From positions 2,048,001 through 2,112,000 of the forward strand of contig OZ240219.1 in the NCBI GenBank assembly GCA_965197645.1: a stretch of 64,000 nt of DNA, given 5' to 3'. The translations under genes and the position numbers were made by a program. The notes below the pieces were generated by a model, which was not told where the DNA came from, ran no database searches, and was given only the letters and a program-made list of their open reading frames with translations. This document shows, one piece after another, positions 30,158-39,906 of this stretch (positions are counted from its first letter, which is position 1; each line of letters begins with the position of its first letter). The DNA is from Dehalococcoidia bacterium. GTDB lineage: Bacteria > Chloroflexota > Dehalococcoidia > Plut-88900.

Positions 30158-30819
30158 AGCTCTATCTCTTTCAGATCGGGGCTTACGTTCAATCTCGCAG
30201 CAGTCTTGGCCTGCACCTCTTCGGGATCGAATCCGGGGGCGATCTCCAACAGGGAAAGGCCCTCCGCAGATACGTCGATTACTCCCAGGTCGGTCACCAC
30301 GAGGTCGACGCAACCCCTGCCGGTGAGCGGATAGGCACACTCCGGCACCAGCTTCGGCTCGCCTTCTCGAGTAGCGTGTTCCATCGCTACTATCACCTTC
30401 TGGACCCCCGACACCAGCTCCATCGCCCCGCCCACGTTGCCCGTGCCCCGGCCTGGTATCATCCAGTTAGCCAGATCGCCCTGCTCCGATACCTGGTAGG
30501 CGCCCAGTACCGCTATGTTGACGTGGCCGCCCCGGATCATGTTGAAGGCGTCGGCGGAGCTGAAGAAAGAGATGCCGGGTTTTGGGGTGATGAACTGGCC
30601 ACTGGCGTTGAGCAGATCGGCGCTTTGCTGGTCTTCCTCCTCGGCTAATCCCCCGTATCCCAACACCCCGTTCTCCGATTGGAACCAGACGCTCTTGCCC
30701 TTGGGGACATGGTGGGCGCACAGGGTGGGGATGCCGGCCCCCAGGTTCACTACGTCGCCATCTCGGAACTCCTTGGCGACACGGCTCGCGATGGTTTCTC
30801 GGTCCAGCTTTTGCTTCAC
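30154..30819 (-). CDS. 3-oxoacid CoA-transferase subunit B (copy 1)
   Basis: NLGAGIPT, SENG, GDLANW. Confidence 0.93.
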   Translation of the reverse strand: MKQKLDRETIASRVAKEFRDGDVVNLGAGIPTLCAHHVPKGKSVWFQSENGVLGYGGLAEEEDQQSADLLNASGQFITPKPGISFFSSADAFNMIRGGHVNIAVLGAYQVSEQGDLANWMIPGRGTGNVGGAMELVSGVQKVIVAMEHATREGEPKLVPECAYPLTGRGCVDLVVTDLGVIDVSAEGLSLLEIAPGFDPEEVQAKTAARLNVSPDLKEIEL

Positions 30820-30823
30820 GGCC

Positions 30824-31537
30824 CTACAAGCTCTCCTGCCGCACGATCCGGTCGACGTACACCCCCGGGGTGACGATCGCCTCGTAATCCAAGTCGCCTA
30901 CGTCCACCAGCTGCTCCGCCTGAACTATGGTTATCTTTGCCGCCGCTGCCATCAGCGGGTTGAAGTTCCGGGAGGTGCCTTTGTACACCAGGTTTCCCAT
31001 CATGTCGGCCTTGTGGGCCTTGAGAAAGGCGTAGTCGGCGCGAAGGGGAGTTTCCATAACGTACTCCTCTCCATCGAAGACCCGTTTCTCCTTGCCTTCC
31101 TCCAGGGGCGTCCCAACCCCGACCCGTGTGTAGAAACCCCCCAACCCGGCCGCCGCCATCCGTATCCTCTCCGACAAGGTGCCCTGGGGTACGGCCTCGA
31201 TTTCCACTTTGCCATCCAGGAACAGGGTCTCCATGGCAGTCGGATGGGAGGCGGAGGGGGAGGCGGGGAAGGATGCGATGCCCTTCCTGACCTGGCCGTT
31301 CTCCGCCAGGGTCCCAACGTGTCCTTCGATGCGTCCCCACTTCCGCTCCTCCGCGTAGCTGGAACCCAGGCTGTTGGCGATGATAGTCAGCCCCTTGGCC
31401 CCCTGGTCTCTCAGTGCGAGGATAAGCTGGTCCGGCATGCCCCCGATGCTGGTGAAGCCGCCAATCATTATCGAGGCGCCGTCGGGAATGTCGGCGACAG
31501 CCTGTTTCGTGTTGGAGTAGACTTTATCCACGGTCAT
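30824..31537 (-). CDS. 3-oxoacid CoA-transferase subunit A (copy 1)
   Basis: PQGTLSERIR, GNLVYKGTSRNFNP, TPGVYVD. Confidence 0.93.
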   Translation of the reverse strand: MTVDKVYSNTKQAVADIPDGASIMIGGFTSIGGMPDQLILALRDQGAKGLTIIANSLGSSYAEERKWGRIEGHVGTLAENGQVRKGIASFPASPSASHPTAMETLFLDGKVEIEAVPQGTLSERIRMAAAGLGGFYTRVGVGTPLEEGKEKRVFDGEEYVMETPLRADYAFLKAHKADMMGNLVYKGTSRNFNPLMAAAAKITIVQAEQLVDVGDLDYEAIVTPGVYVDRIVRQESL

Positions 31538-31589
31538 TGCCAGATACAACGAGATTTTAGCACGTAAGCTCTCCGGCTAGAAATCGCCG

Positions 31590-31618
31590 TTGACATCACC
31601 CAGAGGTATTCCTACCAT
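31590..31618 (+). promoter_or_regulatory. Sigma70-type promoter for the amidohydrolase-dehydrogenase-GGT operon
   Basis: TTGACA-N17-TACCAT. Confidence 0.6.
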
Positions 31619-31659
31619 AGGGGGCGCCCTCTTCCATCCATAGCTTGAGGAGTATCATC

Positions 31660-32796
31660 ATGACCACCAGGATCATCGACGCCGACAGTCACATCGTAGA
31701 GCCAAGCAATCTCTGGGAGACCTATCTGGAACCCGAGTATCGTGACCGGGCCATGAGGGTCAAGCTGGACGAGAAGGGCCTGGAGTACCTGGAGATCAAC
31801 GGCAGACCCTCCAACGTCATCAAGGGAGGCGTGCTGTGTAACCTCATGGGCACGGGTCGAACGGACCTGGAGCACTTTCTCACTCCCGGCGCCTTTCCCT
31901 TCGATGAGGCCCGGAAGTCGCTGCCCGCAGCGGGAGAACCTAAGCCCCGGGTGCAGTGGTTGGACGACGAAGGTGTGGACGCCACGATTCTGTATCCCTC
32001 GGTGGGGCTGGACTGGCCTCAGGACTGTGCCGACCCAAAGGTGGCCGCTGCCTACTGCCGAGCCTACAACAACTGGCTGGCCGAGTTCTGCCAGGAGTCA
32101 CCGGATCGGCTGCTGGGGATAGGCCACATAACGTTATTGGACGTGGACGAGGGTGTTTCGGAGATGAAACGAGCCTTGAAGCTGGGCATGAAGGGGATCT
32201 ATCCTCCCACGGTAGCCTTCAATGGCATTCCCTACGGCGAGCCCCACTACGACGCCTTCTGGGCCGAGGCCCAAGACCAGGGCACGCCTGTGAGCCTTCA
32301 CGTTACGGGCCTCGTCAACGGCTTCGGCGGACACCTGTACCCAAAGTCCTACGACACTCCCTTCTGGTGGTACCTGGTCATGGACATGGGCGAAGTCCTC
32401 TCCGCCTTCACCAGCCTATTCCAAGGTGGTGTCTTCGAGAGGTTTCCGGGAGCGAAAGTCGTCGTGGTGGAGACCGGCTCCGGCTGGCTGCCCTACTGGC
32501 TGGAGCGGATGGACCATCTCTTCGACAAGCTCCACTTCACCACACCCCTGAAGCTGCGACCCAGCGAGTACTTCGAGCGCCAGTGCTGGATAGTCATCGA
32601 TCCCGACGAGAAGACCGCTCCCGCGACCCTCGGGTTCGTGAGCCACGATCGCTTCCTCTGGGGCTCCGACTATCCCCACACCGAGGGCGAGTCCGGTGCG
32701 TTGGACGAACTGAAAGAGAACATAGCTCCTCTTCCCGACGATACCAAGGACAAGATTCTAGGCGCCAACGCAATCCAGCTCTACAACCTCAACTAG
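31660..32796 (+). CDS. Amidohydrolase family 2 protein
   Basis: IDADSH, AYNNWL, SLH, GVFERFP, WGSDYPH. Confidence 0.93.
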   Translation: MTTRIIDADSHIVEPSNLWETYLEPEYRDRAMRVKLDEKGLEYLEINGRPSNVIKGGVLCNLMGTGRTDLEHFLTPGAFPFDEARKSLPAAGEPKPRVQWLDDEGVDATILYPSVGLDWPQDCADPKVAAAYCRAYNNWLAEFCQESPDRLLGIGHITLLDVDEGVSEMKRALKLGMKGIYPPTVAFNGIPYGEPHYDAFWAEAQDQGTPVSLHVTGLVNGFGGHLYPKSYDTPFWWYLVMDMGEVLSAFTSLFQGGVFERFPGAKVVVVETGSGWLPYWLERMDHLFDKLHFTTPLKLRPSEYFERQCWIVIDPDEKTAPATLGFVSHDRFLWGSDYPHTEGESGALDELKENIAPLPDDTKDKILGANAIQLYNLN

Positions 32797-32809
32797 AGCC
32801 ATCCTCGTT

Positions 32810-33793
32810 ATGAAGATTCTCTTCTGTACCGATGTCTTTCCCAACGCCGTGGAGATTCTTCGCCGGTACGTTGCCCAAGACGAAGTGGTCACCTGCGCAC
32901 CGGCCGAGATACCGGTCCAATCCAGGGATGCCGACGTGCTTGTTCCTGGCATGTCCCGTATCGGGGCCGATATCATCGATCGGACCGCCGCCCGGATGGT
33001 GCACCAGTTCGGGGTGGGGCTGGAGGGGGTGGACATACCCGCCGCCACCAGCAAAGGCATCTACGTGGCCAACGTCCCCAGCAACGAAGCCGGCGGCAAC
33101 GCCATCTCCGTCGCTGAACACGCCATCTTCCTCATGCTTGCCCTGGCGAGAAAGTACCCGGCCGCCTCGCGGAACCTGGTACAGGGAACAACCTGGGGTG
33201 CTCCCATCGGGGCCCAACTCCGAGGCAAGACGGTAACGATAGTCGGACTGGGCAACATCGGAGCGGCCCTCGTCGAACGGCTGAAAGCCTTCGGCATGCG
33301 GGTCCTGGGCACCAGGCGCAATCCCGACCTACCGGTAAGGAACATCGATTATCTCGGAGGCCCGAATGACCTGCCCCGCCTTCTCGGCGAATCGGACTTC
33401 GTGGTCATGGCCGTACCCGTAACCGATGAGACCCGGGGCATGATCGGCCACGCTGAGCTGGCTGTGATCAAGAAGGGGGCATTCATCGTAAACGTGGCTC
33501 GTGGCCCTCTCATCGATTACGATGCCCTGGTACAGGCATTGGAAAACGGCCAGCTGGCCGGCGCCGGACTGGACGTGTTCTGGCACGAGCCTGTGGACCC
33601 CACGGACCCCCTGTTCCAGTTGAATGTCATCGCCACGCCCCACGTGGCCGGGGTCACCGATACCTCGTACGACGAGATCGTCAGGGACATGGCCGCTAAC
33701 GTGGACCGGCTTCGCCAAGGGCTGCATCCCGTCAACTGCGTGAACCTGGAGGAGCTGCAGGCTGCATCGCAAGAAAGCCAAGGAGGACGCTGA
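32810..33793 (+). CDS. D-isomer 2-hydroxyacid dehydrogenase
   Basis: GLGNIG, NVARG, GAGLDVF..EP, TPHVAG. Confidence 0.95.
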   Translation: MKILFCTDVFPNAVEILRRYVAQDEVVTCAPAEIPVQSRDADVLVPGMSRIGADIIDRTAARMVHQFGVGLEGVDIPAATSKGIYVANVPSNEAGGNAISVAEHAIFLMLALARKYPAASRNLVQGTTWGAPIGAQLRGKTVTIVGLGNIGAALVERLKAFGMRVLGTRRNPDLPVRNIDYLGGPNDLPRLLGESDFVVMAVPVTDETRGMIGHAELAVIKKGAFIVNVARGPLIDYDALVQALENGQLAGAGLDVFWHEPVDPTDPLFQLNVIATPHVAGVTDTSYDEIVRDMAANVDRLRQGLHPVNCVNLEELQAASQESQGGR

Positions 33794-35541
33794 TGGGCAC
33801 AGGTATAGGTTCCTACAGGCCGCCGATAATGGGCGTGACCCACATGGTATCTTCGGGGCACTATCTGGCCGCCGCGGCTGGTTACCGCATTCTGGAGGAA
33901 GGCGGCAACGCCGTGGACGCCGGGGTGGCCTCCGGGATCGCAGTCAACGTGACCACTCCGGAGAACACCAACTTCGCCGGAGTGGCACCCATCATCATCT
34001 ACCTGGCCGAACAGGACCGGGTGGTGACCATCAGCGGCCTGGGCAGGTGGCCCCGGAAGGCGTCCATCGACTACTTCCTCAAACACTGCGACGGCGATCT
34101 TCCCCAGGGCATTCTCCGGGCCGTCGTGCCCTCGGCTCCCGACGCCTGGCTCACCGCCCTGGAGCGCTACGGCACCATGACCTTCGAGCAGGTCATCACC
34201 CCGTCCATCGAGTTGACGGAGGGTGGCTATCCTGTAACGGCGGTGGTGCAGGCCGAGCTGATGGAGGACTCCGAATCGGAGTACGGGACCGTCGCCCGCT
34301 GGTCCTCCACCCGCGACGTGTTCATGCCCGGTGGCAGGGTGCCCGACGTTGGGCAGGTGCTGATCCAGCGAGATCTGGCCAGTACTTTCAGGCGGCTGGT
34401 GGAGGTGGAGCGGGCCAACGCCGGAAAGGGTCGGGCCGCCGCCATTCGTGCCGCTCGAGACTACTTCTACAAGGGTGACTTGGCGCAAGAGATGGCGGAG
34501 TTCAGCCGGGAGCAAGACGGCCTCATCCAGCTGGAGGACATTCAGGACTTCTCGGTCAAGATCGAGGAGCCGGTTAAAGGACGGTTTCGAGACTACAACA
34601 TATACACCTGTGGGCCCTGGTGCCAGGGTCCCGTCGTTGCCCAGGTGCTCCAGATGCTGGAGGATGACGACATGAACGCCCTGGGACACAACAGTCCCCG
34701 GTACATTCACCTGGTGTCCCAGGCCTTTGACCTGGCCTTCTCCGATAGGGAGCACTACTACGGTGACCCCGATTTCGTCGACGTGCCCATGGAACAGATG
34801 ATGGCCAAGCAGTACACGTCGGCGCGGCGGGAAGTGCTCGACATGAACAGGGCCTACTCCGAGCTGCCTCCGCCGGGCGACCCTGTGTCCGGGCTCGCCG
34901 TCCTGGAAGGCGCGAAGAGACTGGCCCCCTCCTCGGCTTCCGCCGACCCACAGCACGATACCAGCTACACCTGCGCCGTCGACCGCTGGGGCAATGCTTT
35001 CTCCGCCACGCCCAGCGACTCCAATACCAACGGACCGCTGGTCCCCGGCCTCGGCTTCAGCCTATCGTCGCGGGGCACGCAGAGCTGGCTGGACCCTGGG
35101 CACGCGTCCAGTCTTCAACCCTGGAAGAGGCCTCGTTTGACTCCCAACCCGGCCATCGCCTTCAAAGGCGGCAAGCTGTTCATGCCCTTCGGGTGCCCGG
35201 GTGGAGACGCCCAGTGCCAGGCAATGGTGCAGCTCTTCCTCAACGTGGTCGAGTTCGGGATGAACCCTCAAAAGGCGCTGGAGGAACCCCGGTTCACTAC
35301 GTGGAACTTCCCCGACTCCTTCTGGCCCCACACCTACCAGAAGGGCCGGCTCAACCTGGAGGGAAGAATACCTCAGCCCACCGCCGACGAGCTTGTCCGC
35401 TTGGGCCGCGACGTTAGGGTGGTCGACGACTGGGAGCCGATGTCGATGGGGGTGCCGGCGGCCATTATGGTAGATCCGGAGACCGGCGTCCTGTCCGGCG
35501 GTGCCGATCCCCGGCGGGACACGTATGCCATTGGGCGGTAG
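33793..35541 (+). CDS. ggt: Gamma-glutamyltransferase family protein
   Basis: GGNAVDA, DTSYTCAVD (Ntn Thr), KRP, PGGD, GGADPRR. Confidence 0.93.
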   Translation: MGTGIGSYRPPIMGVTHMVSSGHYLAAAAGYRILEEGGNAVDAGVASGIAVNVTTPENTNFAGVAPIIIYLAEQDRVVTISGLGRWPRKASIDYFLKHCDGDLPQGILRAVVPSAPDAWLTALERYGTMTFEQVITPSIELTEGGYPVTAVVQAELMEDSESEYGTVARWSSTRDVFMPGGRVPDVGQVLIQRDLASTFRRLVEVERANAGKGRAAAIRAARDYFYKGDLAQEMAEFSREQDGLIQLEDIQDFSVKIEEPVKGRFRDYNIYTCGPWCQGPVVAQVLQMLEDDDMNALGHNSPRYIHLVSQAFDLAFSDREHYYGDPDFVDVPMEQMMAKQYTSARREVLDMNRAYSELPPPGDPVSGLAVLEGAKRLAPSSASADPQHDTSYTCAVDRWGNAFSATPSDSNTNGPLVPGLGFSLSSRGTQSWLDPGHASSLQPWKRPRLTPNPAIAFKGGKLFMPFGCPGGDAQCQAMVQLFLNVVEFGMNPQKALEEPRFTTWNFPDSFWPHTYQKGRLNLEGRIPQPTADELVRLGRDVRVVDDWEPMSMGVPAAIMVDPETGVLSGGADPRRDTYAIGR

Positions 35542-35574
35542 CCGGGGCTGGGTGCTATAGGCCGGTAGCGGGGT

Positions 35575-36177
35575 TCAGGGCACCAGCACCTGCACTGACC
35601 AACCCTCGCCGGCGCGGGTGTAAAGTCGCCGGTCGTGGAGACGCTCGCTGCCGCCGTGCCACGCCTCGATGTGTTCAGGCACTACCCTGACGCCTCTCAG
35701 CTCGTCCGGAAGAGGCACGCTGTCGGCGCTGGGATGCTTCTGCTTGAGCGCCTCCATGTTCTGTTGCAGGTGTTGGCGGGAAGGCACGGCGGTTGTCTGT
35801 CTTTCGAAGGTGGGGTAGTAGAGATCCAGCAGTCGAGACCCCAGGCTCTTCCTCTCCCAGTAGACCAGGGTCTTCTCCCGCTCCAGCGGCTCCATCGAAC
35901 CCCTTATCCGATACTGGCGCACCACCGAGTGCCAGAACATCAGCAGCTCGAATCCTTTACCTTCCTGCAGCTGGTCCCATTTCGGTGTCTCGCTGTTGAG
36001 CAGCAACTCGAACCCGCGCTCATCGATGTCTCTCAGTGAGATGGCCCGGACCGTGGGATGGCCCGCCGCCGTTATAGTACTCAGGAAGCAGACATCCACG
36101 TTGGCGTCGCCCAGCTCTCGGGCCTGTTTACGCTCGGCTATGATCTCGTCTATGGGGCTGTTCATATGCCCATTCAA
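35575..36177 (-). CDS. Pyridoxamine 5'-phosphate oxidase family protein
   Basis: LST...G.P.VR, RQYRIRG, EAWHG...RLHDR. Confidence 0.85.
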   Translation of the reverse strand: MNGHMNSPIDEIIAERKQARELGDANVDVCFLSTITAAGHPTVRAISLRDIDERGFELLLNSETPKWDQLQEGKGFELLMFWHSVVRQYRIRGSMEPLEREKTLVYWERKSLGSRLLDLYYPTFERQTTAVPSRQHLQQNMEALKQKHPSADSVPLPDELRGVRVVPEHIEAWHGGSERLHDRRLYTRAGEGWSVQVLVP

Positions 36178-36290
36178 ACATAACTCAGGCCTGGATTAAA
36201 CCCCGATTATCGCCCTATGCGCATCTGTGGTAGAATATACGCGAACAGACTTTGAGACGGACAACTCTCTAAAACCCGAAAGGACCCGAT

Positions 36291-37574
36291 ATCACCTCCA
36301 CTCCTACTGACCACAAGACCCAGACCCCGGCTTCCCATCACTCCAACAGTTCCCGACGCCGACCCCAAGGCCCCCGTTCCAAGAACCCACACCCTTCATC
36401 CCCCAGACCCACCTCCCAGAACGCAGACCTTACCGTCGAGCCCGCGACCTTCGGAGATATACCCGTCTCCCCAGAGGTTGCCAGATCCCTATCTGATATG
36501 GGTTACGCCTCTCCGACCCCGATACAGGCGGAGGCCATCCCCATTCTCCAGAGGAGGAAGGACCTCGTCGGGCAGGCGTTGACTGGCAGTGGCAAGACCT
36601 CGGCCTTCGGCATCCCCATCATCGAGCGAGTCGATCCCCAAGACAGGGCCACCCAGGCCATCGTACTGGTGCCCACCCGAGAGTTGGCCCTCCAGGTTAC
36701 CAAGGAGCTGACCCGGCTGGCGAAGTACAGGGGAGTGAGGGTTGTAGCCATTTACGGCGGACAGCCCATCGTTCGACAGTTCAAGGCACTGGACGAGGGA
36801 GCTCACGTCATCGTGGGCACCCCCGGTCGGGTCATCGATCATCTGGGCCGGAGTACCATGGACCTTGGAAACGTGCGAATCGCCGTGCTCGACGAGGCCG
36901 ACGAGATGCTTGACATCGGCTTCGCCGAGGATATGGTGCGAATCCTCAGAAAGACACCCAGAAACCGGCAGACGGCCCTGTTCTCCGCCACTGTGCCCAC
37001 CTTCATTAAACGCCTGATCTACTATCACCTGCGAGAGCCGGTATGGGTACAGATCGGCGAGGAGATAGAGACGGTACCGGAGACCCGCCAGCTCTACTGC
37101 GAAGTCGCCGACCGCGACAAGCTGGAAGGCTTGAAAGAGGTCCTGGGATCTCCAGGCAAACAGGCCCATACCCTGATCTTCTCCCGAATGCAGGTGAGGG
37201 TCGATGGTCTGGCGAGGGATCTCCAGCGCGCCGGATACGACGTGCGGGGTCTCCACGGCGGCATGAGACAGAGGGAGCGCGACACCGTCATGCGAGGCTT
37301 CCGAGAGGGCCGTCCCAAACTGCTGGTGGCAACCAACGTCGCCGCCCGCGGTCTCGATATCCCCTCTATAGAGTGCGTAGTAAACTACGACGTTCCCGAT
37401 AACATCGAACACTACGTGCATCGCATCGGACGGACCAGCAGGATGGGGCGTCCGGGCACCGCCATAACCCTGGTCAGCGAGTGGGACGTCTACACTTTCG
37501 ACGACATCCGCGCCAAGCTTGGTGACGAGATAGAGCAGCTGCCCCTGGCCCTCTACCAGTCCTCAGCGAGCTAG
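36291..37574 (+). CDS. DEAD-box RNA helicase (start probably ATC at 36291)
   Basis: Q motif F..GYASPTPIQ, TGSGKT, PTRELA, DEAD, SAT, ARGLD, HRIGRT. The frame is open upstream of ATG 36498 to a stop at 36270. Confidence 0.93.
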   Translation: MTSTPTDHKTQTPASHHSNSSRRRPQGPRSKNPHPSSPRPTSQNADLTVEPATFGDIPVSPEVARSLSDMGYASPTPIQAEAIPILQRRKDLVGQALTGSGKTSAFGIPIIERVDPQDRATQAIVLVPTRELALQVTKELTRLAKYRGVRVVAIYGGQPIVRQFKALDEGAHVIVGTPGRVIDHLGRSTMDLGNVRIAVLDEADEMLDIGFAEDMVRILRKTPRNRQTALFSATVPTFIKRLIYYHLREPVWVQIGEEIETVPETRQLYCEVADRDKLEGLKEVLGSPGKQAHTLIFSRMQVRVDGLARDLQRAGYDVRGLHGGMRQRERDTVMRGFREGRPKLLVATNVAARGLDIPSIECVVNYDVPDNIEHYVHRIGRTSRMGRPGTAITLVSEWDVYTFDDIRAKLGDEIEQLPLALYQSSAS

Positions 37575-37607
37575 AGGTTCGTCCGCTGCACCCCACGAGG
37601 TAGAGCT

Positions 37608-38273
37608 ATGGCAGAGTTCGAAGTCGTCTCCTTCGATTGCTACGGCACCCTGATTGATTGGGACCAGGGGATGAGCAATGCCGTCAACAAGCTGCTCGAA
37701 AAGGGGAATCTGGACCTGGACGCCGATGGCCTGCTCGCCAGGTACCGACTAATCGAGATGCAGCTGCAGCGGGGCCCCTACATGACCTACCGTCAGTACC
37801 TGGCGGTTGGGCTGAGCATGGCCTTCCAGCAGCGGGGAGTCAGCTTGAGTGGAGACGACAGCGGCATTTTCGCCGATACTCTACCGGCCTGGCCCAAGTT
37901 CGCCGAGACGACCGAGGTGCTGACCCAGCTCAAAGACAAGGGACTGAAGCTCGTCATCCTGTCCAACATCGATGACGACCTCATTCAGGGCGCTTTGGAG
38001 CTCATCGGGGTGGACTTCGATGCTGTGATCACCGCGGAGCAGGTGCGCTCCTACAAGCCGGCCCCGGGCCACTGGAACCGGATGTTAAGCCAACTCGATG
38101 TAACCAAGGACAAGGTGCTCCATGTGGGCGCCAGCGACGACCACGATATCCAACCCGGCAAACGATTCGGCTATACCGTTGCCTGGATAAACCGCACCAA
38201 CGAAGAGCCTTCGGGCGCCGAGCTACCCGACCACCAGTTCTCCGACCTTCGTGGTCTCCTCGATATAGTCTAA
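37608..38273 (+). CDS. HAD-family hydrolase (haloacid dehalogenase type II-like)
   Basis: FDCYGTL, LSN, SYKP, HVG...HDI. Confidence 0.92.
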   Translation: MAEFEVVSFDCYGTLIDWDQGMSNAVNKLLEKGNLDLDADGLLARYRLIEMQLQRGPYMTYRQYLAVGLSMAFQQRGVSLSGDDSGIFADTLPAWPKFAETTEVLTQLKDKGLKLVILSNIDDDLIQGALELIGVDFDAVITAEQVRSYKPAPGHWNRMLSQLDVTKDKVLHVGASDDHDIQPGKRFGYTVAWINRTNEEPSGAELPDHQFSDLRGLLDIV

Positions 38274-38285
38274 GTCGACGGCCTC

Positions 38286-39287
38286 CTACCGAACCCTGGG
38301 CAACACCTCTTCTCCCAGCAGCCGCAAGCAGTCCAGAGCCATCTTTCCCGGCATGTCCGCCCACTGGATCGTCAGCAGTATGTAGTTGTATCCCAGGGCC
38401 TCGTATCGCTTCAGCTCCCGGACACAGTCATCAGGGTCGCCGATGATGAACCTGTCTTGGGCTAGCTCTTCGAAGGTCCGGCTCCAGGTGTCCTCGCTGG
38501 GAAGCTCCTTGTCCTGCCCCTGGTCCACATACACGTCGTACCGGTGACCGATATACGGCTCGCTGGCCTCGAATGCAGCTGCCCGCGTCTCGGCCACGAA
38601 GCAATCTCTCAGGACAGCGATCTCTTCCGGCTCCGGTTTGCCCAGCTCATTCAACGCCTCTTTATAGGCCCCTATCTGCTCCTCCAGCGTGGATATATGG
38701 GCGTGGGGGCTGGCGTAGAGAACGTCACCGATCCGGGCGGCCCGTCTCACCGCCGGATGGTTGTTGGCCGCTATCCAGATGGGGGGATGGGGTTTCTGTA
38801 TCGGCCGGTTGGTGGGCACGACGTCGGATACGGAGTAGTGCCGCCCTTCGTAGGTCACCGAGTCCTCGGTCCACATCCGTTTGATGATCTCCAGCGACTC
38901 TTCGAACCTTCCCACCCGGTGCTTCCTATCTATGCCGAAGGCCTGGAACTCCTCCTCTTCGTATCCAAGCCCCACACCGAAGATGAGCTTCCCGTTGGTG
39001 ATGGTGTCCAGGGTGGCCATCTGCTCGGCCACGTCCACCGGATGGAAGAGAGGGAGCAGAATGATGCCCGTGCCCAGCCGCATCTCATCGGCCTCGGCGG
39101 CTAGACGGCCCAGTAGTGGTATAGGCTGTATGGTCTGCAGCGGATGGGTGAGGAAGTGCTGACCCACGAAGATGCTATCGAAATCGTAGGTCCTCGCCAG
39201 GGCTACCTGCTCCAGCAGCTCCTCGAAACGGAGCCGCGCCGGCTTACCGGCGACGTACTCGTTGGATATCTCAATACCGATTTTCAT
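38286..39287 (-). CDS. Luciferase-like (LLM) flavin-dependent oxidoreductase
   Basis: GQHF, HPVDVAEQMATLD, QKPHPPIW. Confidence 0.93.
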   Translation of the reverse strand: MKIGIEISNEYVAGKPARLRFEELLEQVALARTYDFDSIFVGQHFLTHPLQTIQPIPLLGRLAAEADEMRLGTGIILLPLFHPVDVAEQMATLDTITNGKLIFGVGLGYEEEEFQAFGIDRKHRVGRFEESLEIIKRMWTEDSVTYEGRHYSVSDVVPTNRPIQKPHPPIWIAANNHPAVRRAARIGDVLYASPHAHISTLEEQIGAYKEALNELGKPEPEEIAVLRDCFVAETRAAAFEASEPYIGHRYDVYVDQGQDKELPSEDTWSRTFEELAQDRFIIGDPDDCVRELKRYEALGYNYILLTIQWADMPGKMALDCLRLLGEEVLPRVR

Positions 39288-39446
39288 CTGCAACTCCCTA
39301 CCGGGTGAACGCCGGCATTCGAGATGGTCAGCACACCTCTCGATGAGCCTGAGATGTCAGGGTGGCAGGCCTAGGCGAGGCTCCCGACGGGCGAGCGACA
39401 GGAAGCGTTACTCTACCGCTGGGCCGTGGTACCGAAGCGGAGTGGA

Positions 39447-39905
39447 CTAATCGTTGACGACGGCGTGGACCCGGTACGCTACTCCGTCGGACGTGGTCTT
39501 CCCCTCGGCGACGCAGACCAGGCCGTTTAGCCAAGCGTAACGCTCGTCCCCCGTCTCGATGCTGGGAACGGTCATGAAGTACATGTCGCCGTACTCGGTT
39601 GGCCCAACGGCGGAAGGCTCGGGTTTGCCCGGATCCGGTCGAGAGATGCCTGTATAAGTCAGGTACAGGAGTGCGCCGTCGTCCGTCTCCATCGTGGCCC
39701 GCACGTCCAGCCGGGAGACCCCTTTCGAGTCGGTCAGCAGCCAGTCGCCGGCCGCGCCCTTCCGAACGGTCCCCTTGAGCTTGGGCCCCTCGAACTTGCC
39801 TCCGCTCACGTTGTAGATGATGCGGGTGCCGAAGGGGCCTTCGCCCACGTCCATAGTGGCCTCGTCCACCAACGCGTTGAACTCAAGCAGAAACTCCAGC
39901 TTCAT
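39447..39905 (-). CDS. DUF3237 family protein
   Basis: GPFGTR...GGKFEGP...GDW...LDVR...TDDGA...ETGDERYAWLN. Confidence 0.9.
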   Translation of the reverse strand: MKLEFLLEFNALVDEATMDVGEGPFGTRIIYNVSGGKFEGPKLKGTVRKGAAGDWLLTDSKGVSRLDVRATMETDDGALLYLTYTGISRPDPGKPEPSAVGPTEYGDMYFMTVPSIETGDERYAWLNGLVCVAEGKTTSDGVAYRVHAVVND

Positions 39906-39906
39906 G

